A stretch of 64,000 nucleotides of DNA, from contig CAXXHB010000003.1 in NCBI GenBank assembly GCA_963664815.2, positions 4,064,001 to 4,128,000 on the forward strand, given 5' to 3'. Each line of letters opens with the position of its first letter. Position 1 is the first letter of the stretch. Positions 19,729 through 32,196 of the stretch are shown one piece after another. Below the pieces are notes generated by a model. It was given only the letters and a program-made list of their open reading frames with translations. It searched no databases and was not told the origin of the DNA. The DNA is from Spirochaetota bacterium. GTDB lineage: Bacteria > Spirochaetota > UBA4802 > UBA5550. Made by a program: the position numbers and the translations under genes.

Positions 19729-20572
19729 GTTGTACAACTCCATCCAGTTTACATTTATGTTTATAGTTGTCGTATGACTGAGTTTCCTCTTTGATATAAG
19801 TTTTCAATCTCAGGCTGAGATTGTCAAAATCCACCAGATGACCGTCAAACTCAGGCCCGTCAACGCACGTGAATTTCGTCTCATCACCAACAGTTACCCT
19901 GCATCCGCCGCACATACCAGTTCCGTCTATCATTACAGAATTGAGACTTACAAATGTTTTAATCCCTTTTTCTTTTGTTATACTGCTTACGGCCTTCATC
20001 ATAGCCACAGGTCCAATTGCCACAACAAGATCAACCTTTTCTCTTGAAATTACATTGTTAAGAATGTCTGTAACAAACCCTTTTTTTCCAAGTGTTCCAT
20101 CATCAGTACATACAATATTTTCATCACCTATTGCGCCAAGTTCTTTTTCAAGAATAAGAAGATTCTCAGACCTTGCTCCAAGAATATTCACTATTCTGTT
20201 TCCAGCTTCTTTCATCCCTCTGGATATAGGATAGAGCGGAGCTATACCGATCCCTCCTCCTATACACACCACTGTTCCGTATTTTTCCACTTCAGTCGGA
20301 TGCCCAAGAGGCCCGACAATATCACTGAGACTTTCACCAGCTTTCATACCGGCAAGCTTTTTTGTTGTAGTTCCGACAATCTGGTAGTAAAGAGTAATAG
20401 TTCCATTGGCTCTGTCTGCATCTGCAATGGTAAGAGGCATTCTTTCCCCGCATTCATCTATGCGCAGAATAATAAACTGACCCGCTTTTCGATATTCAGC
20501 TACATAGGGAGCGTCTACCACCATTTTACCTAGCGTGGGTTGAATTATATCATTTGAATGAATATAATGCAT
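19718..20572 (-). CDS. nfnA: NfnA/SudB-like FAD/NAD-binding [2Fe-2S] subunit
   Basis: AGQFIILR..ERMPLTIAD, GPLG, GGGIGIAP, DGTGMCGGCRV...CVDGPEFD. Confidence 0.87.
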   Translation of the reverse strand: MHYIHSNDIIQPTLGKMVVDAPYVAEYRKAGQFIILRIDECGERMPLTIADADRANGTITLYYQIVGTTTKKLAGMKAGESLSDIVGPLGHPTEVEKYGTVVCIGGGIGIAPLYPISRGMKEAGNRIVNILGARSENLLILEKELGAIGDENIVCTDDGTLGKKGFVTDILNNVISREKVDLVVAIGPVAMMKAVSSITKEKGIKTFVSLNSVMIDGTGMCGGCRVTVGDETKFTCVDGPEFDGHLVDFDNLSLRLKTYIKEETQSYDNYKHKCKLDGVVQHGC

Positions 20573-20811
20573 AGTCTTATCCTCATACTTTGAATTTATA
20601 TATTAGAAACAATCTCAATGAAGTATATTGTAAATTTCAAGAGATATTTCCAGTAGTAAATATCTGTATTTTATTATTTATTTTTAGAAGCTGGCCATAG
20701 ATATAAACTACGTGAAATAAAAAGTCGACCCGTTTTATAATTCAGAACTCTTTTTTTTAAAATATTTACAGACGCACGGTTTTCAGGAAGGTCATGCATC
20801 TGTAAATAGGT

Positions 20812-20838
20812 CTTCCGGTTGCAAAATTCAACCGGAAG
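20812..20838 (-). terminator. Hairpin downstream of gdhA
   Basis: cttccggttg-caaaatt-caaccggaag (10-bp stem) just after the stop; a second IR lies at 20763-20808; no clear U-tract. Confidence 0.5.
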
Positions 20839-20849
20839 CTCAAACACTG

Positions 20850-22355
<1,506 letters not shown>

Positions 22356-22518
22356 TTAAAAGCTGACATTAACTGTATATAATAAAATGTTTTTCAGTTT
22401 TTCTATAATCCCTATCAGACATATATTACAAAAATGTAACCATATAGCTTTTCTATTATGTTTTAGTTACAAAATTGTCTATTGATATTTATTCAAATAT
22501 TACCTTTACGTTAAAAGT

Positions 22519-25122
22519 TTACAAAGGCGTAACATTTGAAAAGCATATCAGTTTCTGAATTCCGACATCAGTTATAAGATGAAGACCTTTTTCAGTGACA
22601 TCATAGACTTTTATTGTTTCTGAATAACGTCCGGAATCAGGGATTATCTCTGGTAGTATATTTTCGGTATCTTTAAACATATTAATATTAAAAAAAACAT
22701 TATCATTTTCGGGAAAAACGGCGATATAAAAAATCCCGGTTTCAACAAGATCATGAAAAAAATGAGAACCGAAAGAAAGCTCAGGCATGATGTTTTCATT
22801 CATTCTCGCCATTTCAACAAGTACTTTAACATTATTTATTTCAGAAAATCTCGATGGAACACCAAGCTCAGGAGTTGTTGTTCCCCACCTCCCGGGTCCT
22901 ATAAGCATAACAGGAATATTATCACTCCCGGGGATCAGCCTGTTCAGCTTACCGATTATTCTCGCTACTTCATACTTTCCCGATTGCGGCAGGGCTGAAT
23001 ACATTTCAGGTTCCACATATACAATGCGTTTTATCTGCTGAACAATGCTTCCTCCAAGAAAGTTTCCCTCTGTCCTTATGAAAATGTTCTCGTCATTGAT
23101 GCCCTCCGGGATAGATATTCCTTTCTCTATACCCTTCGCCTGATAAGGCCGGCATTGAAGAAGATTTATTCTATAGTTATTGTCAGAGGAAAAATTCACA
23201 GTAAACTCAATATCCACAGGATAATTATAGTTTTCTTTCAGTGTTTTCAGCATCTCCAGCATCTTTTGCGAAAAATCCGTCCCGGAAAAAAAATTATCAA
23301 AACATATTACCCAGTGAGTTGAATCCTTCAGATTCATCTCTATTATTAAATTTGCTGTTTCATAATCCGAAACGGCTGCCATTTCCATATCTATATCAGG
23401 AATCTCGCGAAGTAGTTTCACAAGTGAAATAGTTTCCAGAACATTTTTTTCTATATTAAGCACATCAACATTATGCTGGGAAAATCTTCTCAGGTCATCC
23501 ATTCCTGCAAGCGGTCTTATCATTGGAGAATCTAGAGCCGCTATACGGGGATAATCTCCCTCAACCCTGTCTACAGATCTAGTTCCAAGACCAAAAACCA
23601 TACGGAGCATTCCTGCTTCTGGATCCATATCGCTTTTCCACACATATGTATTATATGAAAGACCGACTCCTCCAATATAAGGGAAAAAATAATTTCCCCT
23701 GTGAGCTCCTGAAACCCTCTGTACAATAAGCGCCATCTGCTCATCATTCTTGTCAAGGCCTCGCTGAATGCGGTATGCCAGAGCATCATCATTCATTGTG
23801 CTTGCATAGACCTTTCTTATTGCGTTAATAAAATCATTAAATCTATCCTCCGGGTTTCCCTGGTTTACGCAGAAGTGACTTTCATATTTTCCGGCAAATG
23901 CATGACCATATGTATCTTCAAGCAGGCTGCTTGATCTTACTATAAAAGGTGACTGACCGAAATACTCTATAATCTGCTGAAGCTTTTCTTTTACTTCATC
24001 TGGGAAAGAACCACTAAGCATTTGTTCTCTCAATTCAGGAGCTGTTTTGAAATAACCATCGCTGCTTTTATGTTCGAGAAAAAGTTTCCACAAACCGTTC
24101 TGGACAATGTATGTATAAAAAACATCTGAACCGATATAGAATGAATCATGAGGTTCAAGAACTTTATCCCATCTGTTTTTACTGTCATTATCAAGTATTT
24201 TACGTGCAATTATCATACCTGCTGCTTTCCCCCCGATAAATCCGGACCCGATGAGACGTGAATTGATAACTGCAAAATCTTTGAGCTTCAGATTTTTAAA
24301 AGCAAGATTCAAAATTCTTTCATCCCGGCCGATTAGAAGCCTGCAGAGTCGATTTACCATCTTTCTTCTGTCCTCATCCGCCGGGTTCCCCGAAATCATA
24401 TCATCAACTTCAATAAAAAGTTTATCCCAGAAATCAAGATTTCTTCTTGCCATCTCAGAAGTTAGCCTCTGCAGATAATTTATAAAATCCGCAACATCGG
24501 CACTATTAAGCATAGGATGAAAAGAGTAGCCCTCTTTTTTATGAGGAAAAAACATTGTTGGAGAATATCTGTTCCATACCTTGAGAGGATGTACAAAAAC
24601 ATTCCCTTCAAAACTATGTATATCTATAAGAAGTTGTGTGGTCTCCCTTATTCTTGCAACGGTTTTAAAATCATGATTATTTCGCAAAATGGCAAAGTAG
24701 GCAACAGTATTGAGTTCAAACAGGTAGGGACAGGTGATTTTAAAAAAATTTCCTATCATCAAATCCGTCGCCCATGCTGAAAGAAGATCAGACAAGGAAT
24801 CAAAAACATAGAAAGCCTTTTCACCCGCTTCGGCTATAATTCTGTGAACCTCTATAGCAAATGATTCAAAACCATAAAACGCATTCAGCTTGCGGGTATT
24901 CACCCGGATATCATCAATCTCAAAAAGCGGCTTATGACTTGCAAATCTCATGTAGATTATTTTTCTTCCATCAGTATACGATTTTTCTACAAAAGGAATT
25001 ACAAACTCACTGTAATCAGCGATAGAATCCACCTGCCAGACAACATTATCCCCGAGATTAAGATTATTAATAATTTTATCAAAACCAGTAAATCCGCTGC
25101 TTACCTGAGTTATCTGACCCAT
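22519..25122 (-). CDS. PEP/pyruvate-binding (PPDK_N, ATP-grasp) domain protein with N-terminal degenerate RecA/KaiC-like domain
   Basis: IGGKAAGM, IVRSSSLLED..FAGKYES, MALIVQRV, GLGT, DIEF, LLQCRP, GPGRWGT, SFGSHFFHDL; N-terminal SSGFTGFDKII..LNLGDNVVW. Confidence 0.8.
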   Translation of the reverse strand: MGQITQVSSGFTGFDKIINNLNLGDNVVWQVDSIADYSEFVIPFVEKSYTDGRKIIYMRFASHKPLFEIDDIRVNTRKLNAFYGFESFAIEVHRIIAEAGEKAFYVFDSLSDLLSAWATDLMIGNFFKITCPYLFELNTVAYFAILRNNHDFKTVARIRETTQLLIDIHSFEGNVFVHPLKVWNRYSPTMFFPHKKEGYSFHPMLNSADVADFINYLQRLTSEMARRNLDFWDKLFIEVDDMISGNPADEDRRKMVNRLCRLLIGRDERILNLAFKNLKLKDFAVINSRLIGSGFIGGKAAGMIIARKILDNDSKNRWDKVLEPHDSFYIGSDVFYTYIVQNGLWKLFLEHKSSDGYFKTAPELREQMLSGSFPDEVKEKLQQIIEYFGQSPFIVRSSSLLEDTYGHAFAGKYESHFCVNQGNPEDRFNDFINAIRKVYASTMNDDALAYRIQRGLDKNDEQMALIVQRVSGAHRGNYFFPYIGGVGLSYNTYVWKSDMDPEAGMLRMVFGLGTRSVDRVEGDYPRIAALDSPMIRPLAGMDDLRRFSQHNVDVLNIEKNVLETISLVKLLREIPDIDMEMAAVSDYETANLIIEMNLKDSTHWVICFDNFFSGTDFSQKMLEMLKTLKENYNYPVDIEFTVNFSSDNNYRINLLQCRPYQAKGIEKGISIPEGINDENIFIRTEGNFLGGSIVQQIKRIVYVEPEMYSALPQSGKYEVARIIGKLNRLIPGSDNIPVMLIGPGRWGTTTPELGVPSRFSEINNVKVLVEMARMNENIMPELSFGSHFFHDLVETGIFYIAVFPENDNVFFNINMFKDTENILPEIIPDSGRYSETIKVYDVTEKGLHLITDVGIQKLICFSNVTPL

Positions 25123-25208
25123 TGATTCGCCACCTCCAGCCATCAGTCATATCATTCATTACCATGACAAGATGCCATTCTCCCCTATGCTGTTGCCCGA
25201 TAATTAAA

Positions 25209-26393
25209 TTACTTCATTCTGAAACTTACTGTGTCCCTGACTTTCCGCGCTTTTTCCCTTGCCTCATTAATTGTGGAACCAAGAGCAAGGGCAACTCCCA
25301 TTCTTCTATGACCACGAACTTCCGGCTTCCCGAATATTCTTATAGCAGTAAAATCTTCCGAAATTGCCGCATCAAGCTTTTCATATAGAATATCATCAGA
25401 ATCGCCGTCAACAAGTATAGCAGCTGATGCGGAAGGCCCATATTGTTTGATAGCTGTTACCGGAAGACCAAGTATCGCCCTTACATGAAGCTCAAACTCC
25501 GACATATTCTGCGATATAATTGTAACCATACCCGTATCATGAGGACGTGGAGAGACTTCGCTAAAAAAAACTTCATCCCCTTTTATAAAAAGCTCAACCC
25601 CGAAGATACCGAAACCTCCGATGCCATCAGTTATTGTTTTTGCAATTCTTTTAGACTCCATTAACGCAGTTTCAGTCATAGGATGAGGTTGCCATGATTC
25701 TCTGTAATCACCATCAATCTGAAGGTGACCAACAGGATCAACAAACGATATACCCCCACTATGCCTTACCGTGAGGAGGGTTATCTCATAATCAAAGTTA
25801 ATAAATTTTTCAATTATTACGCGTCCCGCTCCCGATCTGCTGCCTGACTGAGAATAATCCCAGGCCTTGTCAATGTCACTCTCTGATTTTATTATACTTT
25901 GCCCCTTTCCGGATGAACTCATTATGGGTTTTACTACACAAGGAATACCGGTTTCTTTAACTGCATCAAGGAAAGCACTCTTTTCATCAGCAAATTTATA
26001 TGGTGATGTCTTTAGCCCCAGATCTTCCGCAGCAAATCTTCTTATTCCTTCACGGTTCATAGTCAGTTTTGTAGCACGGGCATTCGGGATAATATTATAT
26101 CCCTCTTTTTCAAGTTCAATCAGGGTATCTGTTGCTATAGCTTCAATTTCAGGGACTATATAATGAGGTCTTACTTTTTCTATTATCTCTCTGAGTTTAA
26201 CACCATCAAGCATATTAAAAACATGAGATTCATGGGCAATCTGCATAGCCGGAGCATTCTCATACCTGTCGCATGCAATAACATAAACACCGAGCCTCAT
26301 TGCTTCGATAACGACCTCTTTTCCAAGCTCTCCGGAACCGAGCATCAGAAGTCTTGTCTGTGATTTTCCCGTGGATGTACCTATTGACGTCAT
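25209..26393 (-). CDS. purT: Formate-dependent phosphoribosylglycinamide formyltransferase
   Basis: [49 protein letters not shown]. Confidence 0.96.
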   Translation of the reverse strand: MTSIGTSTGKSQTRLLMLGSGELGKEVVIEAMRLGVYVIACDRYENAPAMQIAHESHVFNMLDGVKLREIIEKVRPHYIVPEIEAIATDTLIELEKEGYNIIPNARATKLTMNREGIRRFAAEDLGLKTSPYKFADEKSAFLDAVKETGIPCVVKPIMSSSGKGQSIIKSESDIDKAWDYSQSGSRSGAGRVIIEKFINFDYEITLLTVRHSGGISFVDPVGHLQIDGDYRESWQPHPMTETALMESKRIAKTITDGIGGFGIFGVELFIKGDEVFFSEVSPRPHDTGMVTIISQNMSEFELHVRAILGLPVTAIKQYGPSASAAILVDGDSDDILYEKLDAAISEDFTAIRIFGKPEVRGHRRMGVALALGSTINEAREKARKVRDTVSFRMK

Positions 26394-26492
26394 ATAAACT
26401 CCTTTTAATATATACTGAAATTCGTAAATCAACTTTAAAAAAGAATTAGTTACAATATATTTTCAATAAAAATCAAAAATACTATCTGCCAA

Positions 26493-27023
26493 TCACCCCT
26501 GTGAAATTTTTATTATATCTGTTTTATTCTTTAAAGCAAGATTCCGGTATATTTTTTTTGCAGCATTCCACTCCACTTTATGTTTTTCCTGAACATCACC
26601 TTTTTCTATAGCTGGCACCCCGGCATAAATCTTTCCAGGAGGAACGGTTTGGTTTCGTTTAATCAATGAATGCTCTGCAACTATAGACCATTCTCCAACT
26701 TTTGAATAATCCGTCACTGTTGAATTCATACCAATTACAGCATTATCTCCTATTGTTGTATTATGAATCATTACATTATGCCCTATTGTAACATCTTTCC
26801 CGATTCTTGTGCAATCTCCCGGTCTTGCGTGAATTGTAACATTTTCTTCAATAGCTGTCCCATCTTCAATAATTATTGTTCCGTAATCACCCCTGATTAC
26901 AGCCCCCCATCCAATATAACAATTTTTACCTATTAGAACATTCCCAATTATGTCAGCAGAGGGAGCTACCCATGATGATGAATCTATTTCCGGCCTTTTA
27001 CCATTTGATTCATAAAGTGACAT
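26493..27023 (-). CDS. Gamma carbonic anhydrase / hexapeptide-repeat protein
   Basis: WVAPSADIIGNV, AVIRGD, TIH...VTIGHNVMIH His triad. Confidence 0.88.
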   Translation of the reverse strand: MSLYESNGKRPEIDSSSWVAPSADIIGNVLIGKNCYIGWGAVIRGDYGTIIIEDGTAIEENVTIHARPGDCTRIGKDVTIGHNVMIHNTTIGDNAVIGMNSTVTDYSKVGEWSIVAEHSLIKRNQTVPPGKIYAGVPAIEKGDVQEKHKVEWNAAKKIYRNLALKNKTDIIKISQG

Positions 27024-27234
27024 TTTTCACCCCTTTTATGATGATTTTCAATATTATTTTATTTATAAACACATAATGAAAACTGACATCATATTACAAA
27101 TTAATAATTAAGATAATAAGAATTATAAAGCTCAATGGTAAAATAAAAAATCATATAAATTCAAAAAAAAATGAAGTGACATATATGCTATAATTATTTA
27201 GGGTGAAACAGATTAGAAACCTGAAATAAATAAT

Positions 27235-27792
27235 ATGACTGAAAAAGCAAGATACAACTTAAAAGAAGCCCTCCTTCTTGAAAATTTCCACGACTCCGAC
27301 GAGTTGATGATGCTCAGAGATAATCCTTTACAACTCATTGATAGAGGTTATGACTACATTGACAAATGTGAGTACAGTAAAGCCTTTAAGGTATTCGCAG
27401 CAGGAGCCAATGTTGATAAAAAAGACCCGGATATACTTAACGGTCTTGGGATATGTTTATGTGAAATGGGATTATTAATAGAGGCAAAACAGGTTCTTGA
27501 ATATGCCATAAATATACATCCGGATGATCCTGTAATCTTCGCCAACATGGCTGGAGTATTGTGGGAGCAGACTGATTATGACAAGGCAATATATTATTAT
27601 ACCCGTTCCATAGAAATTGATCCAGAGATTGAAGAAACTTTTTTTAATCTTATAAACCTTTACATCGAATCCGGTTCACTTTTTATGGCTCTTATTACCT
27701 GCACAAAATTTATTGAATATTTCCCTGAAAGTGAGGAGGCAATAAATTTGCGTAATGATATAATTCTCAATCTGGGTATATCATTCATTTAA
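27235..27792 (+). CDS. Tetratricopeptide repeat protein
   Basis: Consecutive TPR motifs (ILNGLGICL..EAKQVLEYAINIHP, FANMAGVL..YDKAIYYYTRSIEIDP). Confidence 0.8.
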   Translation: MTEKARYNLKEALLLENFHDSDELMMLRDNPLQLIDRGYDYIDKCEYSKAFKVFAAGANVDKKDPDILNGLGICLCEMGLLIEAKQVLEYAINIHPDDPVIFANMAGVLWEQTDYDKAIYYYTRSIEIDPEIEETFFNLINLYIESGSLFMALITCTKFIEYFPESEEAINLRNDIILNLGISFI

Positions 27793-27840
27793 TTTTATTT
27801 ACTTCAGATATTTAATTAAAATAAATTTGGCAGACTACAT

Positions 27841-28314
27841 CTATTTTATTCTATTCATATAATCTGTTGCTTTTTTACTCTCATATGATTCTATAAGCTT
27901 TATAAAGTCATCTTTACGATCAATCTTCCAGCTATTTTTCTCTTTCTCCATTTTAAGAGCCATTGGCTGTCCAATAGCATTTTCCGAACTATGTTTAGTA
28001 AAAACAATAACAAGATAACATGAATTTCCCTCTATCTTTTTTTCTGTAATTTTATATTCCGCTCCTTCAGGGATAAAACTCAATATGTCAACTGATGTCT
28101 CTCTTTTCATTCCTGTCAATTTCATATACTTTCTCATCAGACTCACCGTTTCTGTTGTATAAAAACCGAGTACGATTTCACTGTTGCCTCTGTCCCTTAC
28201 AAATGATAATACTTCTTCCGGGGAACCGGCTTCTATTTTTTCCTTTCCACAACCAGTGAAAAGTAAAAAAAAACTAATAGTGAAACAGGAAATTATTTTT
28301 TTTTGATTTTGCAT
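27841..28314 (-). CDS. Putative lipoprotein
   Basis: Lipobox LFTGC; SPEEV near the N-terminus and MEKEKNSWKI near the C-terminus (NTF2-like signature). Confidence 0.65.
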   Translation of the reverse strand: MQNQKKIISCFTISFFLLFTGCGKEKIEAGSPEEVLSFVRDRGNSEIVLGFYTTETVSLMRKYMKLTGMKRETSVDILSFIPEGAEYKITEKKIEGNSCYLVIVFTKHSSENAIGQPMALKMEKEKNSWKIDRKDDFIKLIESYESKKATDYMNRIK

Positions 28315-28316
28315 AT

Positions 28317-28706
28317 TCAATGCATCTCTTCTTTCTGTTTTTTTTCTGTAAGATTATCAAATAATTTTAATGACTTATATTTCAGATGAAGCTCTGTAAT
28401 TATTATCTCTTTCGCTGAAATATTCAAATCATCCCACATAAAAGCAGTATTAATCATTTCCGAAAAGATAAATATCTGCCCACTTTCGATATCAAGAGAA
28501 ACAGCGTCGGCTAAAAGTGTTTTGTAACCTTTATCTGGATCATAATATGGCAATTCACAATAAATTTCACTTATTTTGTTATCAAAGGTTTTAAGTAATT
28601 CAAAAACAAACTCGGCCATAAGCATATTAACTTCAAAAGACTTGCTTTCAATTTTTATCAATTTATCATCAAATTTATCTTTATCCATTTTGATGAATTC
28701 CTGCAA
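28317..28706 (-). CDS. Hypothetical protein
   Basis: 129-aa ORF tightly packed in an apparent 3-gene operon. Confidence 0.55.
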   Translation of the reverse strand: MQEFIKMDKDKFDDKLIKIESKSFEVNMLMAEFVFELLKTFDNKISEIYCELPYYDPDKGYKTLLADAVSLDIESGQIFIFSEMINTAFMWDDLNISAKEIIITELHLKYKSLKLFDNLTEKKQKEEMH

Positions 28707-29111
28707 TCATGCGCCCTTTTTAAGAAATGGAAATTTCAGAATAGAAACAAGATGTTTTTTTTTCCGTTTACTGCTGGAATTATAGTTCATTGATAAAACC
28801 CCGTTCCTGTCAAGTGTGAAGATTAACTTTTTCAGAGTGTTTTCATCTAAGGAATCAAGCGCTCTGCCACAGATAAAATCCACACAGCCGGCCGCTCCCC
28901 ATCTATACATATCTGCACAAACATTTCCATCTTCATTTAAAAAGATACAGGATATACTCATTTTAACACCGGAGTTAGATTTACCCGATTCACTGAAGTT
29001 AAAGTTTTCAATATTAACAGTCATGCCGATTTTGCAATTACAGGAATCCAAAATTCTTTCCTTAATGTTAAGTATCATTTCTTTTTTTGAGTTTATTTCT
29101 GCAGGCGACAT
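28707..29111 (-). CDS. Hypothetical protein
   Basis: 134-aa ORF with GGAG SD; first gene of the operon. Confidence 0.55.
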   Translation of the reverse strand: MSPAEINSKKEMILNIKERILDSCNCKIGMTVNIENFNFSESGKSNSGVKMSISCIFLNEDGNVCADMYRWGAAGCVDFICGRALDSLDENTLKKLIFTLDRNGVLSMNYNSSSKRKKKHLVSILKFPFLKKGA

Positions 29112-29223
29112 AATTTTCTCCGGAAAACTGATATAGTTTATATCGGAATAATTATTAAAATGATTAAATATTATTTAAAAGATGCCACTAGGGGAATATT
29201 GCATATATTATATTAAGTTTATA

Positions 29224-29307
29224 TGCCGCGAGAGGGACTCGAACCCTCACAGGCGTACGCCTACTAGACCCTGAACCTAGCGCGTCTACCAATTCCGCCA
29301 TCGCGGC
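29224..29307 (-). tRNA. tRNA-Leu (anticodon CAG)
   Basis: GCCGCGA acceptor stem, TGGCGGAATTGGTAGACGCG D-arm, CTAGG-TTCAGGG-TCTAG anticodon arm, long variable arm, GGTTCGAGTCC T-loop; CCA not encoded. Confidence 0.96.
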
Positions 29308-29320
29308 ATAAGATAAAGTT

Positions 29321-29348
29321 CTTATAAATCCGAAGCCATATTTGTCAA
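29321..29348 (-). promoter_or_regulatory. Sigma70-like promoter of tRNA-Leu
   Basis: TTGACA-N16-TATAAG, 13 nt upstream of the tRNA 5' end. Confidence 0.6.
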
Positions 29349-29355
29349 ACTATTT

Positions 29356-32055
29356 TCAGTCATATTTTTCAATACTGGTAATTTTAAAACTTTTCTCTTC
29401 ATCGTCAATTTTAAAACTCACCTCGTCACCAGATTTTTTACCAAGCATCGCTTTAGCTATCGGAGATCTGTATGAAAGAATTCTCTTTTCAAAATCGGCA
29501 TCCCATGGTCCAAGAATTGTATAATTAATACTATTACTGTTGTTAACGTCTGAGAGAATTACTCTGGTACCGATATTAACACTTTCAGTATTGATCTTTA
29601 CCGGATCAAGTATGTCAGCTTTTTTCATCTCTTCGTCAAGCCTTGATATCGCGAGTTTCAGAACAGACTGTTTTTCCATTAGTGTATTATAATCAACGTT
29701 TTCTCTTATATCACCTGAAGCTTCAGAAACATTCGAAAGCTCTTTTGAAAGAGATACCATCTCGACATTTACCATATGCTCAAACTCTTCTTTCTTCCGG
29801 CTATATCCCTCTTTTGACACAATCAGCTTTTCGACATCGCTCTTCCACTCTTCTTCAACAAGATCGTGGGCATTCTGTATATTATCAAATCGAGATTTTA
29901 CAACTTCCTCAAACTTAACAAGCTGTGATTCCTCTGCATATGGAAGGTTCTCAAAAATATCAAATATTTTACCTACAAGCTGGCGATCGTACTTGTTGAT
30001 AATCTGTTTCAGCACCTCACAGTCATCTTCAAAAAGAATTTCTGTCATGGTATTTTTAAGCCTGTTCCCATCCACTTCAATTTTCTTCAATTCATTCATC
30101 AGCCTGAAATATGATAAAACAAAATTTTCCTGATGATAATCAAGCCAATCATAATTCCATGTTTCTGTAAAAATATTTTTTGCCACCCATATAAAAATAT
30201 CCGGGTATTGTTTTGCATCTGGAACAATCCTGTCAATAAAATGATTTATTGTATAATATTGATGCGATCTCATTAGAATGTTGACAATATATTTATGAAT
30301 TCTCACAGGTGTCTCGAAAAGAAGTTCGAACAGTATAGCAGGCCAGTCTTCCCTGTTTTCAACGATGAGATTAACAAAATCCTTTTTATAATCATATGAA
30401 CTTATTTTTATAGAGAGAAGCGGAAGCTCTTCACTGCTTTTTATGAATGAGATGACTTTTTCTTTTGGCTGATCCAGTTTTATTTTTGAAGCGTCAGAAT
30501 AATTTGCAAGATCCGACAGAATAAAATACGACAGTATCTGTCTTGTATTTGAATCACCTTTTACCTGTTCCATAAAGAAATCTATAAAGTAGGAAGCAAC
30601 ACCCTCTCCCTCCTTCTTGTCAATGTTATTGATAAACTCAATTGCTATATCAAGTTTTTCACTGAATGAATCAGTTTCAGTAAACTTTCCAAGCAATTCA
30701 TCGGCAAATGTTACAGGTTTATCCCGCATGAATACAAGATTTTTCTTTTTATCTGAAACACCAAAAATTGGATCTTTTTTTATGAGAGTCCTTGTTTTAC
30801 TCCACCACTTAACCCAATTTTTCTCTTCTACAAAATCAGGAATTAATTCATTTTTAATATCATCAACAAGAATTTCTCCGCCATATGATTTAATCAAAAG
30901 TTCAAAAAACTGCATAAAATCATTTTTAAACAATGCATCCAGTTTTTCCGGATCTTCATATTTCATCACATATATATGATCTTTTGTAATCGGCTTAAGG
31001 GAATTCAATGCCATCTGAATGGACATGTTATGACCTATTTTTTCCCTGAAATTTACAACAATTCCCTCTCCATCAATATTATCAATTATACCGAGACCCC
31101 AGGAATTATGAAATACATAATTCCCCTTATCAAAAACAATATTCTTCTCAAAATCAACTATTGCAAATTTTACCGGAGCTTTAAAGTTATTTAACTTTGA
31201 AAGTTTAAGAAACTGGCTAAACTGCGAATGACCCCCATACTTCGATTCGTAAAGCTTTACAAGTTCTCGTCTTGAATGAAGATCTTCAAATCGGTAGTTT
31301 AGAATTTTTTTAAGAAGCTCTATTGCCTGATCAGGATTTTCTTCGTCTCTATATTTATGAAGAAGAATTTTCAACAGATCCGCTGCAAGATCCTGTTGTT
31401 TAGCATCAACCAGCATTCTCTCAATCCTTTCAAAAAACTGAATATCGCTCCATGAAACAGTTACCAGTTTCTGCCAGAGAGGAGTAATCTCATCAAAATT
31501 TTTTGACTTTATAAAGCCTTCTATTGAGAGTTTCATATATTGGATACTTTTTTCCTGATCCTGATTGACAATTGCGAAAGCCAGTTTTTTCGCGACCTGT
31601 GCATCAAATCTGTCAATTTTCATAAGATTTTCCCACACAGGAATAGCTTCTTTATTTCTTCCAAGCCTCTCAAGACTTGTAGCCAAAGATCTCAGCGCAA
31701 AGCTGCTCTCTCCATATTCCAGAATTTTCTCCGCAATTATTTCCACGACTGCCCATTTATGATTATCTGTAAACTTTTCAATAAGCTTTTTCAGATATTT
31801 CTTTTCATCAATTTTTTCAAACTGATATCCAAGAAGCCCCGCTATATATGCTGCTGTAATTGATGCTGGCTGTTCTTCCAGTTGTTCCTTACATGCTTTT
31901 ATCGCCTCATCAACAACACCGTCAGCCAATATAGAATTAAAGATATCATCAAGAATTTTGAATCTCGAAATTCCTACATCTTTAGAATCTATTCTGCCCC
32001 AGGTCTCCTCTTTGAATAGCGACAAGAGCTTTTCCATTATTTTTTCTTTAGACAT
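29356..32055 (-). CDS. greA: Transcription elongation factor GreA, long spirochaete/chlamydial type
   Basis: C-terminal Gre domain (GDIRENVDY, YTILGPWDAD, SYRSPIAKAMLGK) preceded by ~740 aa of helical/TPR-like sequence with a H..WGLG motif. Confidence 0.9.
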   Translation of the reverse strand: MSKEKIMEKLLSLFKEETWGRIDSKDVGISRFKILDDIFNSILADGVVDEAIKACKEQLEEQPASITAAYIAGLLGYQFEKIDEKKYLKKLIEKFTDNHKWAVVEIIAEKILEYGESSFALRSLATSLERLGRNKEAIPVWENLMKIDRFDAQVAKKLAFAIVNQDQEKSIQYMKLSIEGFIKSKNFDEITPLWQKLVTVSWSDIQFFERIERMLVDAKQQDLAADLLKILLHKYRDEENPDQAIELLKKILNYRFEDLHSRRELVKLYESKYGGHSQFSQFLKLSKLNNFKAPVKFAIVDFEKNIVFDKGNYVFHNSWGLGIIDNIDGEGIVVNFREKIGHNMSIQMALNSLKPITKDHIYVMKYEDPEKLDALFKNDFMQFFELLIKSYGGEILVDDIKNELIPDFVEEKNWVKWWSKTRTLIKKDPIFGVSDKKKNLVFMRDKPVTFADELLGKFTETDSFSEKLDIAIEFINNIDKKEGEGVASYFIDFFMEQVKGDSNTRQILSYFILSDLANYSDASKIKLDQPKEKVISFIKSSEELPLLSIKISSYDYKKDFVNLIVENREDWPAILFELLFETPVRIHKYIVNILMRSHQYYTINHFIDRIVPDAKQYPDIFIWVAKNIFTETWNYDWLDYHQENFVLSYFRLMNELKKIEVDGNRLKNTMTEILFEDDCEVLKQIINKYDRQLVGKIFDIFENLPYAEESQLVKFEEVVKSRFDNIQNAHDLVEEEWKSDVEKLIVSKEGYSRKKEEFEHMVNVEMVSLSKELSNVSEASGDIRENVDYNTLMEKQSVLKLAISRLDEEMKKADILDPVKINTESVNIGTRVILSDVNNSNSINYTILGPWDADFEKRILSYRSPIAKAMLGKKSGDEVSFKIDDEEKSFKITSIEKYD

Positions 32056-32094
32056 TTTCCCATCCCGTAATAAGCAAATTTGACATATTATTAA

Positions 32095-32138
32095 AACAGA
32101 AAATACCCATCCTTTAACTTCGATGGGTATTTTCTGTT
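32095..32138 (-). terminator. Intrinsic terminator of the flaA operon
   Basis: Perfect 17-bp IR aacagaaaatacccatc/gatgggtattttctgtt; small ctccgg-aaaa-ccggag hairpin at 32145-32160. Confidence 0.7.
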
Positions 32139-32196
32139 ATTTTACTCCGGAAAACCGGAGATACTAAATTAAAAAATTTATTAGAAAGCCTGAGAG

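Noticed and set aside
27841-29307. Orphan genes at the 3' end of tRNA-Leu as an integrated island
   Set aside because: No integrase, no duplicated tRNA 3' end (att) seen, and no phage or plasmid genes
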